From NCBI RefSeq assembly GCF_963921235.1, contig NC_086097.1:79052001-79116000 (forward strand): a stretch of DNA of 64,000 bases. Reading direction: 5' to 3'. Below, in pieces: positions 13,115-26,524 of the stretch. Position 1 is the first letter of the stretch. The number at the start of each line of letters is the position of its first letter. The notes under the pieces are model-generated. The model did not search any database. It saw only the letters and a list, made by a program, of their open reading frames with translations, and was not told the origin of the DNA. This stretch comes from Mobula hypostoma (lineage: Eukaryota). The translations under genes and the position numbers were made by a program.

Positions 13115-14822
13115 AAGATGGGGGAGATCTTAAACAATTTTTTTCTTCAGTATTTACTCAGGAAACTGGCATAGTGTACATTGAAAGAAGGGAAACAAGC
13201 AGTAGTGTCATGGAACATATAGAGATCAAAGAGGAGGAGGTGCTTGCTGCCTTACAGTGAATAAAGGTAGATAAATCCCCCAGGCCTGACATGATATTTC
13301 CTCGGACCTTGAGAAAGACTAATGTAGAAATTGCAGGGGCCCTGGCAGAAATATTTAAAATATCCTTAGCCACGGGCGCGGTGCCAGAGGATTAGGAGAT
13401 AGTTCATGTTTTTCCGTTGTTTAAAAAATGGCTCCAAAAGTAAACCAGGTAATTACAGGCTGGTGAGCCTGACATCAATAGTAGGTAAATTATTGGAAGG
13501 TGTTCTGAGAGATCGGATATACAAGTATTTGGACAGCCAAGGGCTGATTGAGGATAGTCAGCATGGCCTTGTGCGTGGTAGATCATGTTTAACAAATCTT
13601 GTAGAGTTTTTTGAGGAGGTTACCAAGACAGTAGATGAAGGAAAGGCCGTGGATGTTGTCTACATGGACTTTAGTAAGGCCCTTGACAAGGTCCCACACG
13701 GGAGGTTAGTTCAGAAGGTCCAGACACTAGGTATCCATGGAGAGGTTGTAAACTGGATTTGAAATTGGCTGTGTGGGAGAAGACAGAGAGTGCTGGTGGA
13801 TGATTGCTTATCAGACTGGAGGCCTGTGACTAGTGGTGTGCCTCAAGGATCTGTGCTGGGACCATTGTTGTTTGTTGTCTATATCAATGATCTAGATAAT
13901 AATGTGGTAAATTGGATCAGCAAGTTTGCTGGTGACACTAAGATTGGAGGCATTGTGGACAGCGAGGAAGGCTTTCAATGCTTGCAGAGGGATCTGGACC
14001 AACTGGAAAAATGGGCCAGAAAATGGCAGATGGAATTTAATGCAGACAAGTGTGAGGTGTTACATTTTGGAAGGACAAATCAAGGTAGGACGTACACAGT
14101 AAACAGTAGGGCACTGAGGAGTGCGGAGGAACAAATAGATCTGGGAGTTCAGATACATAATTCTCTGAAAGTGGCGTCGCAGGTAGACAGGGCTGTAAAG
14201 AAGGCTTTTGGCATCCAGGCATTCATAAATCAAAGTATTGAGTATAGGAGTTGGGATGTTATGGGGAGGTTGTATAAGACATTGGTAAGGCCAAATTTGG
14301 AGTATTGTGTACAGTTCTGGTCACCTAACTATAGGAAGGATATAAATAAGATTGAAAGAGTGCAGAGAAGATTTACTAGGATGTTGCTGGGTCTTCAGGA
14401 GTTGAGTTATAGGGAAAGACTGAACAGGTTAGGACTTTATTCCTTGCAGCGTAGAAGAATGAGGGGAGATTTGATAGAGGTTTACAAAATTATGAGAGGT
14501 ATAAGACAGTAAATGTGAATAGGCTCTTTCCACTTAGATTAGGAGAGATAAATACGAGAGGACATGGCTTTAGGGTGAAAGGGGTAAGGTTTAGGGGGAA
14601 CTTCTTCACTCAGAGAGTGGTGGGAGTGTGGAACGAGCTGCCATCTGACGTGGTAAATGCAGGCTCACTCTTAAGTTTTAAGAATAAATTGGATAGGTAC
14701 ATGGATGGGAGAGGTCTGGAGGGTTATGGAAAGGATGCAGGTCAATGGGACTAGCAGAATAATGTTTCAGCAGACTAGAAGGGCCAAATGGCCTGTTTTC
14801 TGTGCTGTAGTGTTCTATGGTC
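13115..14822 (+). mobile_element. 5'-truncated CR1 LINE (RT region, disrupted)
   Basis: ORFs 13406..13762, 13790..14512, 14515..14754 with NYR.VSLTS, DFSKA.DKVPH and [10 protein letters not shown]; catalytic FADD reads FAGD. Confidence 0.92.
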
Positions 14823-15652
14823 TTTAGTGAAGAGCAAAGGTGAAAAGTGAAGAACTGTTCTTGTGTAAGAAAAAGTTAAGGGATGATCTGAACAGAGAAG
14901 TTCTAATAGAGCAGACTGAGAAAATCCATACCCTATGGTGAACGGGGAAATAACCAGATAGCATTTAAAAGAATTATTGAGATCTGGAATGCTTTGAAAG
15001 TGTGATAGAATCAGCTTCCGAGAATAATTTTAAAATAAAGTTGTAGAAGTACCTATGAACTACAAGCCAAGGATAAAAACTCAGGCTGTGAACTAAACAG
15101 TTATCACAGACAACGACAGGCAGAACAGTCTCCTTCAGTACTGTATGTTTCCATAATTTTACAATGCCAAGTCCCCAAAGCAGCAAATCTACTGTAGTAA
15201 TGGAACCATTTTCAATTGTCAATTTGCTGATCAAAATTCCTAAAAGCAGAAGGTGGTAAAACAGTCCGTAATTTGTAAAACTACCAAATCTCAGTTCTTT
15301 GAATAACCTGCCCTACAACTCAGCAGCTCAGAGCAGAAATCTTCCAATGGATAGGATACTGAAATGGAATGCCATATTTAGGAACATTTGCATTACTTCG
15401 CTTCAAATTTATTATCCTTGCTAATTAATCAAGATAAGATTATCTTGCACACAAGAGATTCTGCAGATGCTGGAAATCTTGAGCGAGACACACGAAATGC
15501 AGGAGAAACTCAGGAATTTCTGAGATTATTTTGCACATATGATTCTATTTACATTCATCAACAAGATTCTTAAATTACTTATGGCTTCAGTCATAATGAA
15601 TAACTATGCAATCACTGAGAGGGAAGGACTCTGCTACCTAATTTAACCATAC

Positions 15653-15817
15653 CTTATTTTCATGAAGTGTGCATAGAAGAGTTTGAGCTGATTCTAAACT
15701 TTGGCAGTAAGACCATCCCAACAACACCAAGAGTCGTGCAAAAGGCTTAAAGGTCTTCTTCAGCAACCTACTTAAAGTGCTGTAATCCTCACGTTTTATG
15801 CAGTGCAAGGCAGTAAC
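15653..15817 (-). CDS. ZFYVE26: ZFYVE26 coding exon (165 nt)
   Basis: tttgctag/…/GTATGG; encodes VTALHCIKREDYSTLSRLLKKTFKPFARLLVLLGWSYCQSLESAQTLLCTLHENK. Confidence 0.95.
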
Positions 15818-16731
15818 CTAGCAAAAACAAAATGATCACACAACCATTGTGTATTCATAAAATAATCATTAATCTGCCTCTCACATTCTAATATAAAGCA
15901 CAATTCCTTAAACCAAATAGTTCATTCCTCCAATAGTGCTCCTTTTGAAATTACTGCGGCTCGACTTTACCTCCAGTACAGCTTTGAGAAGCGGGGAGAT
16001 GTTGGATCCCTGTTTATTTTCTGATCTTTGGGGTTCTTCTGGGAATCAGGAATGACAAGCATTTTTAATTCCAAGATTTCAGTTTATTTTAGAGTACAAA
16101 CAGACATACAAGTACTAAGTAAACTAAATACAGCTGAGAAACAATGCTAGGAGATATATAGATGCAAAGGCAAAGGAAGTAAGAAGCTAGGATGGCACCT
16201 CTGAAAAATCTATCACATTATTATGAGATAAGGAAAATTCCTTAGATAGGAATGAATTAGGCTACCTAATGAAAACAATTACATAATGTGGGTAATGTGC
16301 CAATACTTAGCCAATGAAAAAGGTAATAAGCTGTTAGTTTAGCTGCTATATCATTTTCTGTCAGTGTCTGAGAAAAACACACGAGTTTGTTAAAAAGTAC
16401 AAATCTTATAGAAAGTATTATTTAAAAGAAGTGGTTTCCAAGAGAGGGGGGCAACTGAGATATTGGCAAACTGAAAGTAATGATGCCGATGGTGCTTGCA
16501 AAATAGCATTACATCCCAAAAAGTGAAAGCAGATGTCTGCAAATGAAATTCTTTGTTCATGTCAGGTATTCTATGGTCAATACAACTTTAAAGTATTATG
16601 ATCAATCTTGACTTATTTTATCCAGAAGTTGTATCACATGCAATTTCAATCTTATGAGGAAAAATGCACTTAAAATTTCATTAACTATTAGATCTGTTGT
16701 CTATTTTTTCTGTGTTATTATTACACTAAAA

Positions 16732-16811
16732 TAGGAGTTCCCAACATTTTGTATGCCACGGACCCTGACCATTAACTGATGGGTCTGTGGACCACAGGTT
16801 GGGAACTCCTG
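16732..16811. mobile_element. 80-bp hAT-type MITE
   Basis: TIRs taggagttcccaac / gttgggaactcctg; 8-bp TSD cactaaaa / ctctaaaa (1 mismatch). Confidence 0.8.
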
Positions 16812-16894
16812 CTCTAAAAGAACACAATAATTTAAGTTGCAATGGCAAACGTGCTGTTTGTCAGAAAACACTGTAGCCTTTCAGATGTTGGAAA

Positions 16895-17084
16895 AAATTT
16901 GTAGCTCGGGTTGAGGAAGTTCCGGTTGAGTAGCTCACCGAGCTGGCTTGTTAGCTTGCAGGCTTTTCGTTACCCAGCTAGGCAACATCATCAGTGCAAC
17001 TTTGCTCGGACAACAATTATCACCTAATCAGATTTTAACGAACCAGTTGTGCATAATCGGTAACCAATAGAAATGGAGCGCGCA

Positions 17085-17150
<66 letters not shown>

Positions 17151-17312
17151 CAAATCACAGGACACACAGATCACATGTAGATCACCGACATTTCATTCAA
17201 AGTTGCACTGATGATGCTGCCTAGAAGGGTAACGAAACATCTGAAAGCTAACAAGCCACTCAACAGCAAAGCCGTAGCCATTACAGTAACTACCCCATCT
17301 GAATCTGAGCAA
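16895..17312. mobile_element. Penelope-like inverted pseudo-LTR pair (second family) around a (CA)n tract
   Basis: About 16900-17004 is the imperfect reverse complement of about 17197-17310; both arms carry CTGATGA…GAAA hammerhead cores. Confidence 0.65.
17089..17146. repeat. (CA)n microsatellite
   Basis: About 29 CA units. Confidence 0.98.
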
Positions 17313-19266
17313 GCACCTGCATAATAGAGGAAATGATAGTCAGAAATTATGACATGGTACGAATAGAGGCTGTACCTTCTGAAAAACCAAATTATACTTT
17401 AAAGTCTGCCTGAGAAACAGAAACTGAGCACAGTCTGCTCAGCCAACTAAAAGAGGTAATTGATAGTCATCAGAAGCAAAATCCATGTATGATTACCGAA
17501 AGAGCAGATGGCCAATATTAATCAAAAATATACGGAAGTCCTTCAATTATTATTATCAAATTACCATTATTAAACTTTAATCTGAAAGAATGGCACCATC
17601 AGCCTGTTTCAGTGGTCAGAGACAAAGCACAGGGTCACTCTAAGCACTGCTGGACTACACTATATACAGGGTAACTGGATGAATTAAAGTAGGAGCAAGT
17701 AATGGATGAAGTGAATGGGGAAAAACTGTGCCAAACCTATATCAACACAGACAAGAGCATTATCTACTCTGCGCCTAAAGAGGATGGAACCAATTGTTTC
17801 TCAAACAGTGAAAACTTAGTCATATTGAAGGTACAAAAATATCTTGGGGCTATCTACATTAAAATATCACAGGCAGATACAAAACCTCAAAATACAAATG
17901 CAATGCTATGCCTAACCTCTTAAGGACAAAATACAAGGAGTCAAAAGGTCATTTTTTCATCATATAAAGCAAAATGATGCACAGACTAGAAACCTGAAGT
18001 AAAAAGAGAAAATGCTGGAAAAACTCAGCAGGCCAGGCACTCCAGGAGAGAACCCTGGCTAAACTACACATGGCCATGAATATATTAGCCTTACAGGAAA
18101 AGAAGCATTAAACGACAAGAGGAAATTCTATGAACTAGAGTTGTATCCCCTACAATTTAGAAGAATATGGAGTTATGTCTTCCACAGCTTTCACACTCCT
18201 TTGTGGGGCCTGCTACCCATTCTCAATGCCCAACTTCTTCATTCCCTTAAGCGTGCCTTGTCTGGATGCAGAAAGCCAACCACACTGCACAAATAGTTCT
18301 GAAGTCCACTGAAGGCCCTGACCAATGTCAGTGTCTCTGACAACATAACTGAGTAATTCCCTAACAATTCCTCTGAAGACCACAGTCAATGTCTCTGAAA
18401 AATGACTAGGTGATGAACCTGACGAAAACATACAAAATTCACTCATGTACATTGCTTATTTGTCCTTCTGTATTCTGCAGAATACTGAGTTGCAGTGTGA
18501 TCCAAGTATATTCAATCATCTAACAGTCATAATCAATCCAACATCTGAGAAAGCTGGAAAGTGGAGGGCTGAAACTTGCCAAACCAAATGCAGTTGAAAC
18601 TTCAATTACTGATAAATACAAGTGTAAGCTTCATAAACAACTTCCATCAATCCTGCAGAGTCTCCAGGCAAAAACATACAACAAACAAGCAAATTACAAG
18701 TCAAACCTATAATATTACTTCCCAATAGTTTTGTAAGAACTTATGTTAAGTCTCTTTAAAAATTCTCAATACAAACCATCGAACAGGTTCCGTTAAACAG
18801 AGTTCCATTGAGTTGGCATTGCTTATGTCATAAGATACACAAAAATCACTCAATCTGCTAATTCTACCCCCACAGTAATATACCAAATGGCTTCAAAATA
18901 ACATAAGACTACTAAGAAAGAACAATTAGTAAAAGCGGAGAAAGAGTAAATCAGTGTGTTAACAGACAAACATATGTAGGTATACTGGACATCTGAATTT
19001 AATAATATCACGGGAGCTCATTCATATGTAGAGGTGTCCACAAGTCAGATGTACGTAACTGGAGACAGCCTGAACTACTGAGGCTCAACAAAATGAAACA
19101 GAAGGCACAGAGCTGAAGTTCCCTCTAGTTTTTAGCTTACACTGGGTGTTCTGAAATTAGATAGAGATAATCTCATTTTAGAAATTGTTTGAATTTGGAA
19201 TTAGTGTAAGTGAAAAATCCATCAAAAACTTGTACTATGATAGTGATAGAAATAGACAAACTTATA

Positions 19267-19804
19267 CACTCAATAGCCACTTTATTAGGTACTTCTTACA
19301 ATTAATAAAGTGGCCACCGAGTGCATGTTTGTAGTCTTCTGCTGCTGTAGCCCATCAAATTCAAAGTTCAACGTGTTATACATTCAAAGATCCTCCTCTG
19401 CACACCACTGTTGTAAGGCATGGTTATTTGAGTTACTGGTGCCTTCCTGTCAGCTTGAATCAGTGTGGCTACTCTCCTCTGACCTCTTATTAACAAGGCA
19501 TTTTTGCCCACAGAACTGCCACTCTAGTTTTTTTTTGTTTTTCATACCATTTTCTGTAAACTGTAGGGACCGTTGTGCATGAAAATCCCATGGAATCAGC
19601 AGTTTTTGAGATACTCAAACCACCCCATCTGACACCAACAATCATTCCACAGTCAAAGTCACTTGGATCACATTTCTTCCCAATTCTGATGCTTGGTCTG
19701 AACAACAACTGAACCCCTTGACCATGTCTGTATGCTTTTATGCATTGAATTGCTGCCACATGATTGGCTGATTAGTATTTGCATTTACGAGCAGGTGTAG
19801 AGTG
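19267..19804 (-). mobile_element. Non-autonomous Tc1/mariner element
   Basis: TA flanks, left TIR cactcaatagccactttattaggtac, internally deleted right TIR, and a Tc1 HTH remnant GKKCD.SDFD.GMIVG…SIS.TA…GFS.TTV in ORF 19490..19759. Confidence 0.8.
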
Positions 19805-20937
19805 TATTTTGTGAACTTTCTAGCTAACTGCTGAATAAACCAGTACATAAACACATTTTCCACAAATTGCCATTAACATAACAATTGTTTAAATTAAAGC
19901 TTTGAAGCAAAAATATGACGATATAGGAAATCTATTATAAACCTAGCTCAATAGTAAATGTTGGTACTTAATTTACTACAGCACAAACTTATCTTCAACA
20001 CTTAAAGTTGTTTCTGTAAAGAACATAATAAATAAACAGAAAATTCCAAAAATACTCAGTTAATCAGGCAGTACCTTTGGAGAGATCATTTACCTTTCCT
20101 CAGTTGCTAACTCACATCCACCAGGTAAAGACAAAGAACATGCAGATACAATATGCTCCAGCCTTTTTCAATCCACAGTACAATTTAGTCATTGCTCTGG
20201 AACCTATCCGTACAACATAAGAGAAAGAACAGTGTGCTAAACTACGCTAAGCACCTTTCCTCATTTTTGTTTTATTAAGAATTATGCTCACCTGACTTTT
20301 CTGCATCAAAAGACATCTGAGACTTAGTTTCACAATGAGCCCCTTGAAGCCATTATGAACAAAAATAATTTACACTGAAACTTCAATCTTTCCCTTCTTA
20401 CGGTAGGATGACCAACTAAAGCCATGCAAAGTGGGCATAAGCTGCCTTGAAACTTAGAATGGTCATTTTGCAAGAATGTAGTAATCAAATTCTTCTATAA
20501 CCTACAAGCCTTTTAAATTGACCACCATTAATGAGTTATCTCTTCTCACCTACTTCTCATTACTTCAGTGACCTCCTATTCTATGGACGCCAACCTTTAA
20601 CACATCAGTTAATAGAAAAGCTAACCATTTATTTTGTTGCAAGATTCTTGGAGCTTTGCTGCCCATAAAATTCAGAGTTCCGGATCCTATAGTTCCATAA
20701 TGCGCACATTGCTTTAGCCTGCAGTGTTACAGTAAACAGTCTTAGCTCTGTATTGCTCCTAGTTACTTTATTTTTTTAGAATATCACAGTGGGACAGAGA
20801 TTTCAAAAAGTTAATTTAAGTTATAATAATTTAGAGATAATTGATGTTTGCTGAGTATTTTAAGAACCTTTTCTACGTTCACTATTGATTCAAATAATAG
20901 TACTATTACTTCATATTTATTCAATCTCAATACATAC

Positions 20938-21068
20938 CAGAACTTGCTCCAGAAAGTGCCTGCTATTGCTTATGCTGTAGAAGTACGCTGCCTTCCAGAC
21001 AGTAGGCTCCTCGGAGTCTGTAAACAACGCTAACATAACCCTTTCAGCTTCTGAAAGTTCAAAGGCAA
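20938..21068 (-). CDS. ZFYVE26: ZFYVE26 coding exon (131 nt)
   Basis: ttgtccag/…/GTATGT; encodes AFELSEAERVMLALFTDSEEPTVWKAAYFYSISNSRHFLEQVL; phase 1 to 0. Confidence 0.95.
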
Positions 21069-21964
21069 CTGGACAAAAAACAAAATTTTACAAATATTAC
21101 CAAGGGCCAGTGGTGAAACACACACACACACACACGAACCCACACCCCTCCATCCACACACACACCTAATTTGACCCATCTTCTAATGGCAGACTTGAAA
21201 GGGGCACCTAAAATAGCCATAGCAACTTAATACAGCATTGACTTTCACTGCCAAGTCACTCCTTCATATAGAATTCCAACCACGAGGAGTTTAAATTTTT
21301 TTTTCATGAAAAAAGCATGTCCAAAGTTATCAAATACTTCAGATAATCTAAGAATATGCTTTTCTGTGCCATATTACTTTTTTATACAAATAACAGAAGA
21401 TGAAATTTGAGAGTAATTTTCAAGCCGCATTTTTAATATACGGTATTATCTACTTACTAATGAAGGTTGAATGGCATAAAAAAAGATCCATTTTCAGGGT
21501 AAAACGTGGGACAAGCTCCCAATGTAACATGAAAAGATTCTGCTTTTACAATATCAAATAATACACACCAAATAAGTCTCAAAAATCAATCCTTGGTCAA
21601 GGGTAAGTTACCTGATTTTAGTCATACATCAATAAAGGTGTTCAAATTGGCCCCATTTTTTTAAGGAACAAAAAGTCAGCTAGATCTTCTATGAGCTCTA
21701 ACTAAATGTCCATTAATAGAAAGTGTACACAAGAGTGTTATTTCGTTCTAGGATGAAACTGGATTATTTCCATAAAATAATGACTTAAAGAAAAGTCACA
21801 TGAGCGGAGCATAACAAAGCTGAAGATACTTTCAAAAAAGAAAGGGATATGTAGGAATGAGAGGTCACATGGAAGAAAACTTAACACTTGTAAACCAATA
21901 ACTTATGGAAACCAACATGCAGTTACTTCTGTAAATGACCACCTGAAGGATGATGAAACATTAC

Positions 21965-22520
21965 CTCTTTCAGGTGAGATCTGCGCAACTAACTTCTCTT
22001 TAGTTTTCTCGATAGATACAGCACTATATAAACTGATCAGACCCTGATTCTGTTTTCCTAGCATGTAGCCAAGCAGGCAATCTTCATTAAGTCCATATTC
22101 TGTTGCATAACAAGCATTGTAGAGTTCTTCACACAAACATCGAATTTCTAAGGTCTGTCTTTCCACATCAAAAGAAAGCACCGAAATTACAGAATAAATT
22201 TGATTTGTGGTCTGCTCATGCGTGTCCATGTCAGATCCACTCTTGACTTCTCCTTGTCGTGCTTCCTTCAAGGAACGGAGGGCATAATGCAGGAAGTCCA
22301 CAAATAGTTTCTGTAATGTGTGATTATATTCCACAGTAGAACTATTGCTATTTTCTACCAGCAGGTAATCAATCACAGCCTGCACAAGTTGAGGCTTCCT
22401 GGATAACAGGTTAAATAATGAGGAAAATGCTTCAGAACTTAATTTGAGGGTGCTGTAGTCCAATTTCTTCTCAATCACCAGGTCAGGGTTATGACAGTAT
22501 AAAAATATATCATAGAGCTC
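21965..22520 (-). CDS. ZFYVE26: ZFYVE26 coding exon (556 nt)
   Basis: Within ORF 21903..22550; acceptor ctgtacag, starts ELYD, donor GTAATG; phase 0 to 1. Confidence 0.9.
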
Positions 22521-22760
22521 CTGTACAGAGAAAACAACCGTTAATAACAAGACATAATATTTATATCTGCATTCATAACTAACTCACATATCACCTCGGG
22601 AATATTACAGAGGTTTAACATGACAAAACACTAAATGTTCCAATGAGCAACTTGCCTACTTGATTTTATACACTGCAAGATAATAAACAACAGACATCCC
22701 AGAAAACTGCTCCTTTTAAATGAATCAGTGAAATACATTGAGCGAGAATATATGAATCAC

Positions 22761-22850
22761 CTTGATTACATCTTCTGAGACCTGTGGTTGTAGCAGTTCC
22801 AGGAGCAAAAGAAATTCAATACTGCTCCTAACAAATGGTGGTAGCGATAT
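22761..22850 (-). CDS. ZFYVE26: ZFYVE26 coding exon (90 nt)
   Basis: ctttag/…/GTGATT; encodes ISLPPFVRSSIEFLLLLELLQPQVSEDVIK; phase 0 to 0. Confidence 0.92.
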
Positions 22851-22964
22851 CTAAAGCAAACGAAAAATCAAATCTTTAGAATACAAAGGTGACAGTATCT
22901 AAAAAGGAAAGCACAATTCACTCAATATTGAGAAAATTCATGGAGTGACTCAACGTTTATTTAC

Positions 22965-23043
22965 CTGATCAGGTGACCACCACAATTCTAGCTCCAGCAG
23001 CCACAACCAGGCAAGTTGATGAGGACTGGAAACTGATTCCCAT
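22965..23043 (-). CDS. ZFYVE26: ZFYVE26 coding exon (79 nt)
   Basis: tttgcag/…/GTAAAT; encodes WESVSSPHQLAWLWLLELELWWSPDQ; phase 2 to 0. Confidence 0.93.
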
Positions 23044-23904
23044 CTGCAAATAAACATCCGGTCAGAGAACATTCAAGATAAATTTCAAGAGCCTCAGGGG
23101 ACTGTGGAGTCAAGGAAGGATGCGTAGGAACCCACATAAAGGAAAATAAAAATACATAATCTATAAACTGTACTTAAATTAAAAAGTACAAGTGTATGTA
23201 TCATGTAACTTATGCAAGAGATCATATGAATAGTTTGTAATTTTGAACACCCCATTAAAGAAAATTTTCCTGAAATGAACCCAAAGGTGGAGAATTGTGA
23301 GAAGAGATTTGCATTTTGTGTTTTACAAAAGGAGCAGGCATTCCAAGGAAAAAATGTATTTTGTTAATAAATTCTTTGTGAGGAGTCATTGATGAGATTT
23401 ACCAATTTAAGATTACCACTAAGAGTAAGAATGAAGGCTAAAAGAAATCTCTACACAAAGTATATATTTAGGGCTTCTAATGTTTTGCCATTGGACTCAA
23501 TGGAGGCAAATAATTTCTTCTTTTATTTGAGCGGTGCAGAAGTTACACTGGCCAACATACCAAAAAATAGAAGTGATTTCAAGATAAATCTAAATATTTA
23601 GATTAAATAAGAGAATAAACTAATAAGTTGATATGTTGCAATAAGGTAAGGTTGGAGAGAAATGTTACACAGAGAATAAGAACCATTCAACCACTGGGCC
23701 AAATATTCCACTTTCTAAGGTGTAAAATTCAAAACTTGACTTTATATGCATATCAGGTTTTCATCAAAGAAAGAATTAAGTCTGTGGAAAAAGTAAAGTT
23801 AAAAGACAGCATGATCAATCTTGGTTTGGTCCAGCACAGACCTGATAAACTCCGTGCCGAAAACTTCTATAGTCTAAAGTTCTAAAATTCCAGAAATTAC
23901 TCAC

Positions 23905-24092
23905 AACAACTTGTATGGACAGATAACAATCGCCTGAATGATTTCCTTCACTTGTTCGGCACCTCCCTTCCATTGCCTTAACTGTGGGACACAAGCTTGT
24001 GCTAAGGCCCAGTGTCCCTGCCCCAAATGCTTCCTGAAGAACATAAATAGTCTTGCGAATGAATCCTCTTCCTCTCTGCCAAATGGATGCAT
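23905..24092 (-). CDS. ZFYVE26: ZFYVE26 first coding exon (exon spans 24172-23905; conserved ATG at 24092)
   Basis: Encodes MHPFGREEEDSFARLFMFFRKHLGQGHWALAQACVPQL, matching the spastizin N-terminus as I recall it (MNHPFGKEEAAS...WELAQACVPQL). Acceptor ttttgcag at 24173, donor GTGAGT at 23904, phase 2. Confidence 0.95.
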
Positions 24093-24839
24093 TTTCACAG
24101 TCCTTGACAACAATTCTTCCATACTAAAGGTATTCTGTACTAGAAGCTTATAAAGCACTTGAGATACACCACCTGCAAAAAAGAAATTTAATCAAAACCA
24201 GTCCACTGCCGAGTAAGATAGCTGTGACTTTTGCTGTTATGAACAATATGAAGCACAAAAGGAACAGCCAGCAAAATTTTGCACTTCTGATTTTAATTGC
24301 TCCAGCACCAGACCTCACCCTTCAGTGTCAGAATACTAAGCCTATTTGGGTCCATCTGCCTGTGTCATTCTTTAGAAACCTATTGAGTTCATTTTGTTTG
24401 ATTCCTTCCAAATTGCTGTGCAGTAGGTAACTCCAGAAAGATAGCCACTATTCAAAAATTGAGGAAAACTGATTTAAGCTTTCATATTGTACCCGTCTCT
24501 TGTGTACTGAATTAAAACTGAGAAATTAACATTATGTTTCTATTGTTTTGACAGAAGATTATGTTACAGGTACTGAGAAATATGGAAATATTCCAAAATT
24601 ATTCCCATTTTACATCAATTCCTAACTAATGTCATTTGGTCAGAGGCTACCATTCAAATTTTATCTTGACCTCTTAGCTTAAGCACAGGTAGGACTTAAA
24701 TTTATTATATTGATTCTAGAGGTGTACTACCCCACCCCACCTTTTGCCAATACATATTCAAAATTAGCCACTCAGTACTCCGCATCGTCCCCCCCCCGCC
24801 CCATGCACTCCCGCTTTACACTTACACTCCACACCTCAT

Positions 24840-25270
24840 ACCTACACTGGCACAGTCAGCTCCCCTTCACCATTTCCCATTCCCCTCTCACCCCTCATCT
24901 CCTTACTGCCTATCACCTCGCTCTGGTGCTCCTCTCCCTTCCATGGTCTGCTACTCTCTCTTATCGGATTTCCCCCTTCTCCAGCCCTTTATCCAATCTT
25001 TCACCAATCAACTTCCCAGCTCTTTACTACGCCCCTCCCTCTCTCCCAGTTTCACCTATCATCTACCACCATGTACTTCTTCCTCTCTTCCCCCCACCTT
25101 CTTACTCTGATTTCCCAGCTTCTATTCTCCCCCAGTCCTGATGAAAGGTCTCGACCCAAAACATCAATGTTTATTCTCTTCCAGAGATGCTGCCTGGCTT
25201 GCTGAGTTCCTCCAGCATTTTGTGTGTGTGTTCCTTGAGATTTCCAGCATCTGCAGGTTTTCTCCTGTCA
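24840..25270 (+). mobile_element. Penelope-like element 3' pseudo-LTR
   Basis: Pyrimidine-rich body, cctgatgaaaggtctcgacccaaaac, then gatgctgcctggcttgctgagttcctccagc. Confidence 0.75.
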
Positions 25271-26356
25271 CTGACCTACTGTGTTTTCATCTGCCCTGAT
25301 GCTTCCTGGAAGAGTTTCTCTTGCCACTCTTTGTCATTTCATCATTTCCTCTCAGAGTCCCCTTACTCCTGCCCCTAGTGTCACTTTATGAACATACAGT
25401 CTACATATACACGCCATACATAGTTACTTGTACATTGTGTTTTCTAAGATTGCTTTTATATTTATATTCTTTATGCTTTATGTAATTTTTATGCTGCATT
25501 GGATCCACAGTAACAATCAATTTGAACTCCTTTACACTCATGTACTGAAGAGTGACAATAAACAATCTTGAATTTTAAATCTTGAAAATTACCTTGCAAC
25601 AACATATAACAGAATAATGTTATGACATAATATGTTATTAAACAGGAAAAATTCAAAATTTATGTAGACTAAATATACTTTGGGCTGGTTGAAAAGGAGT
25701 CTCACCATTACCCAGACCATACTTTCACTTCTCTCCACTTCATGCTCAAAATGGTTTTAAACAAAACCACTTACCCTTTTTTTTCCCCAACACAACAATG
25801 TGATGTTAAAACAAACTGGAAAATCAGGAACTAAAGTTAAACTCAATAGATTTAAGAAATTGGTGTTTATAGCCATAACTAATCTAGTATTTTTTCTTCA
25901 TTCAGCATTATCAAAAACTCTGTGCAAATGATAACTGAATCCATCCAAATACATCAATTTGGACTTTACTCAGAACAAGTTGTTTCTCAGTCTGCTGGAC
26001 AACTTTAGGTGGTTTTAGGAGTGGCCAAAAGAGTGGCCATTATGAATGGCAAATTCACCTATTTGCCAAACTTTCCAAATGAAGTAATTGCAACAATCAC
26101 GAAGTTACTATGTGATGTTGCCATTGTTAAGAATAATAATCTGTATCAGTTTATTTGTTTAACTTTCAACTTTAGAGCCCTCAATGAAATCAGATGAAGG
26201 AGATCCCTATAAATGTTCCTGAAAAATAATGAGTTAATCTGAGGATATTGCAACAGAATCATGATCATATTTATTAATCACAGTACAGTGGCTACCATTT
26301 GCTCCAAATGCATGCAAGCTCTCTATAAAAGTCCAAACTCTCTTGTTCTTTACACA

Positions 26357-26524
26357 ACACACATCAAAGTTACTGGTGAACGCAGCAGGCCAGGCAGCAT
26401 CTCTAGGAAGAGGTGCAGTTGACGTTTCAGGCTGAGACCCTTCGTCAGGAAGGTCTGCTGCATTCACCAACAACTTTGATGAGTGTTGCTTGAATTTCCA
26501 GCATCTGCAGATTTCCTGTTGTTT
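26357..26524. mobile_element. Short palindromic Penelope-like insertion
   Basis: Inverted ends; 14-bp TSD ttgttctttacaca at 26343-26356 and 26525-26538; minus-strand CTGACGA…GAAACGTC core at about 26421-26448. Confidence 0.8.

Noticed and set aside
15971..16009. Possible 39-nt in-frame cassette exon of ZFYVE26 (GSNISPLLKAVLE) between AG and GTAAAG
   Set aside because: The acceptor has no polypyrimidine tract, and the flanking exons already join into the conserved FLEQVL/VTAL sequence.
18213..18452. 79-aa minus-strand intronic ORF
   Set aside because: No recognisable motif or convincing splice sites.
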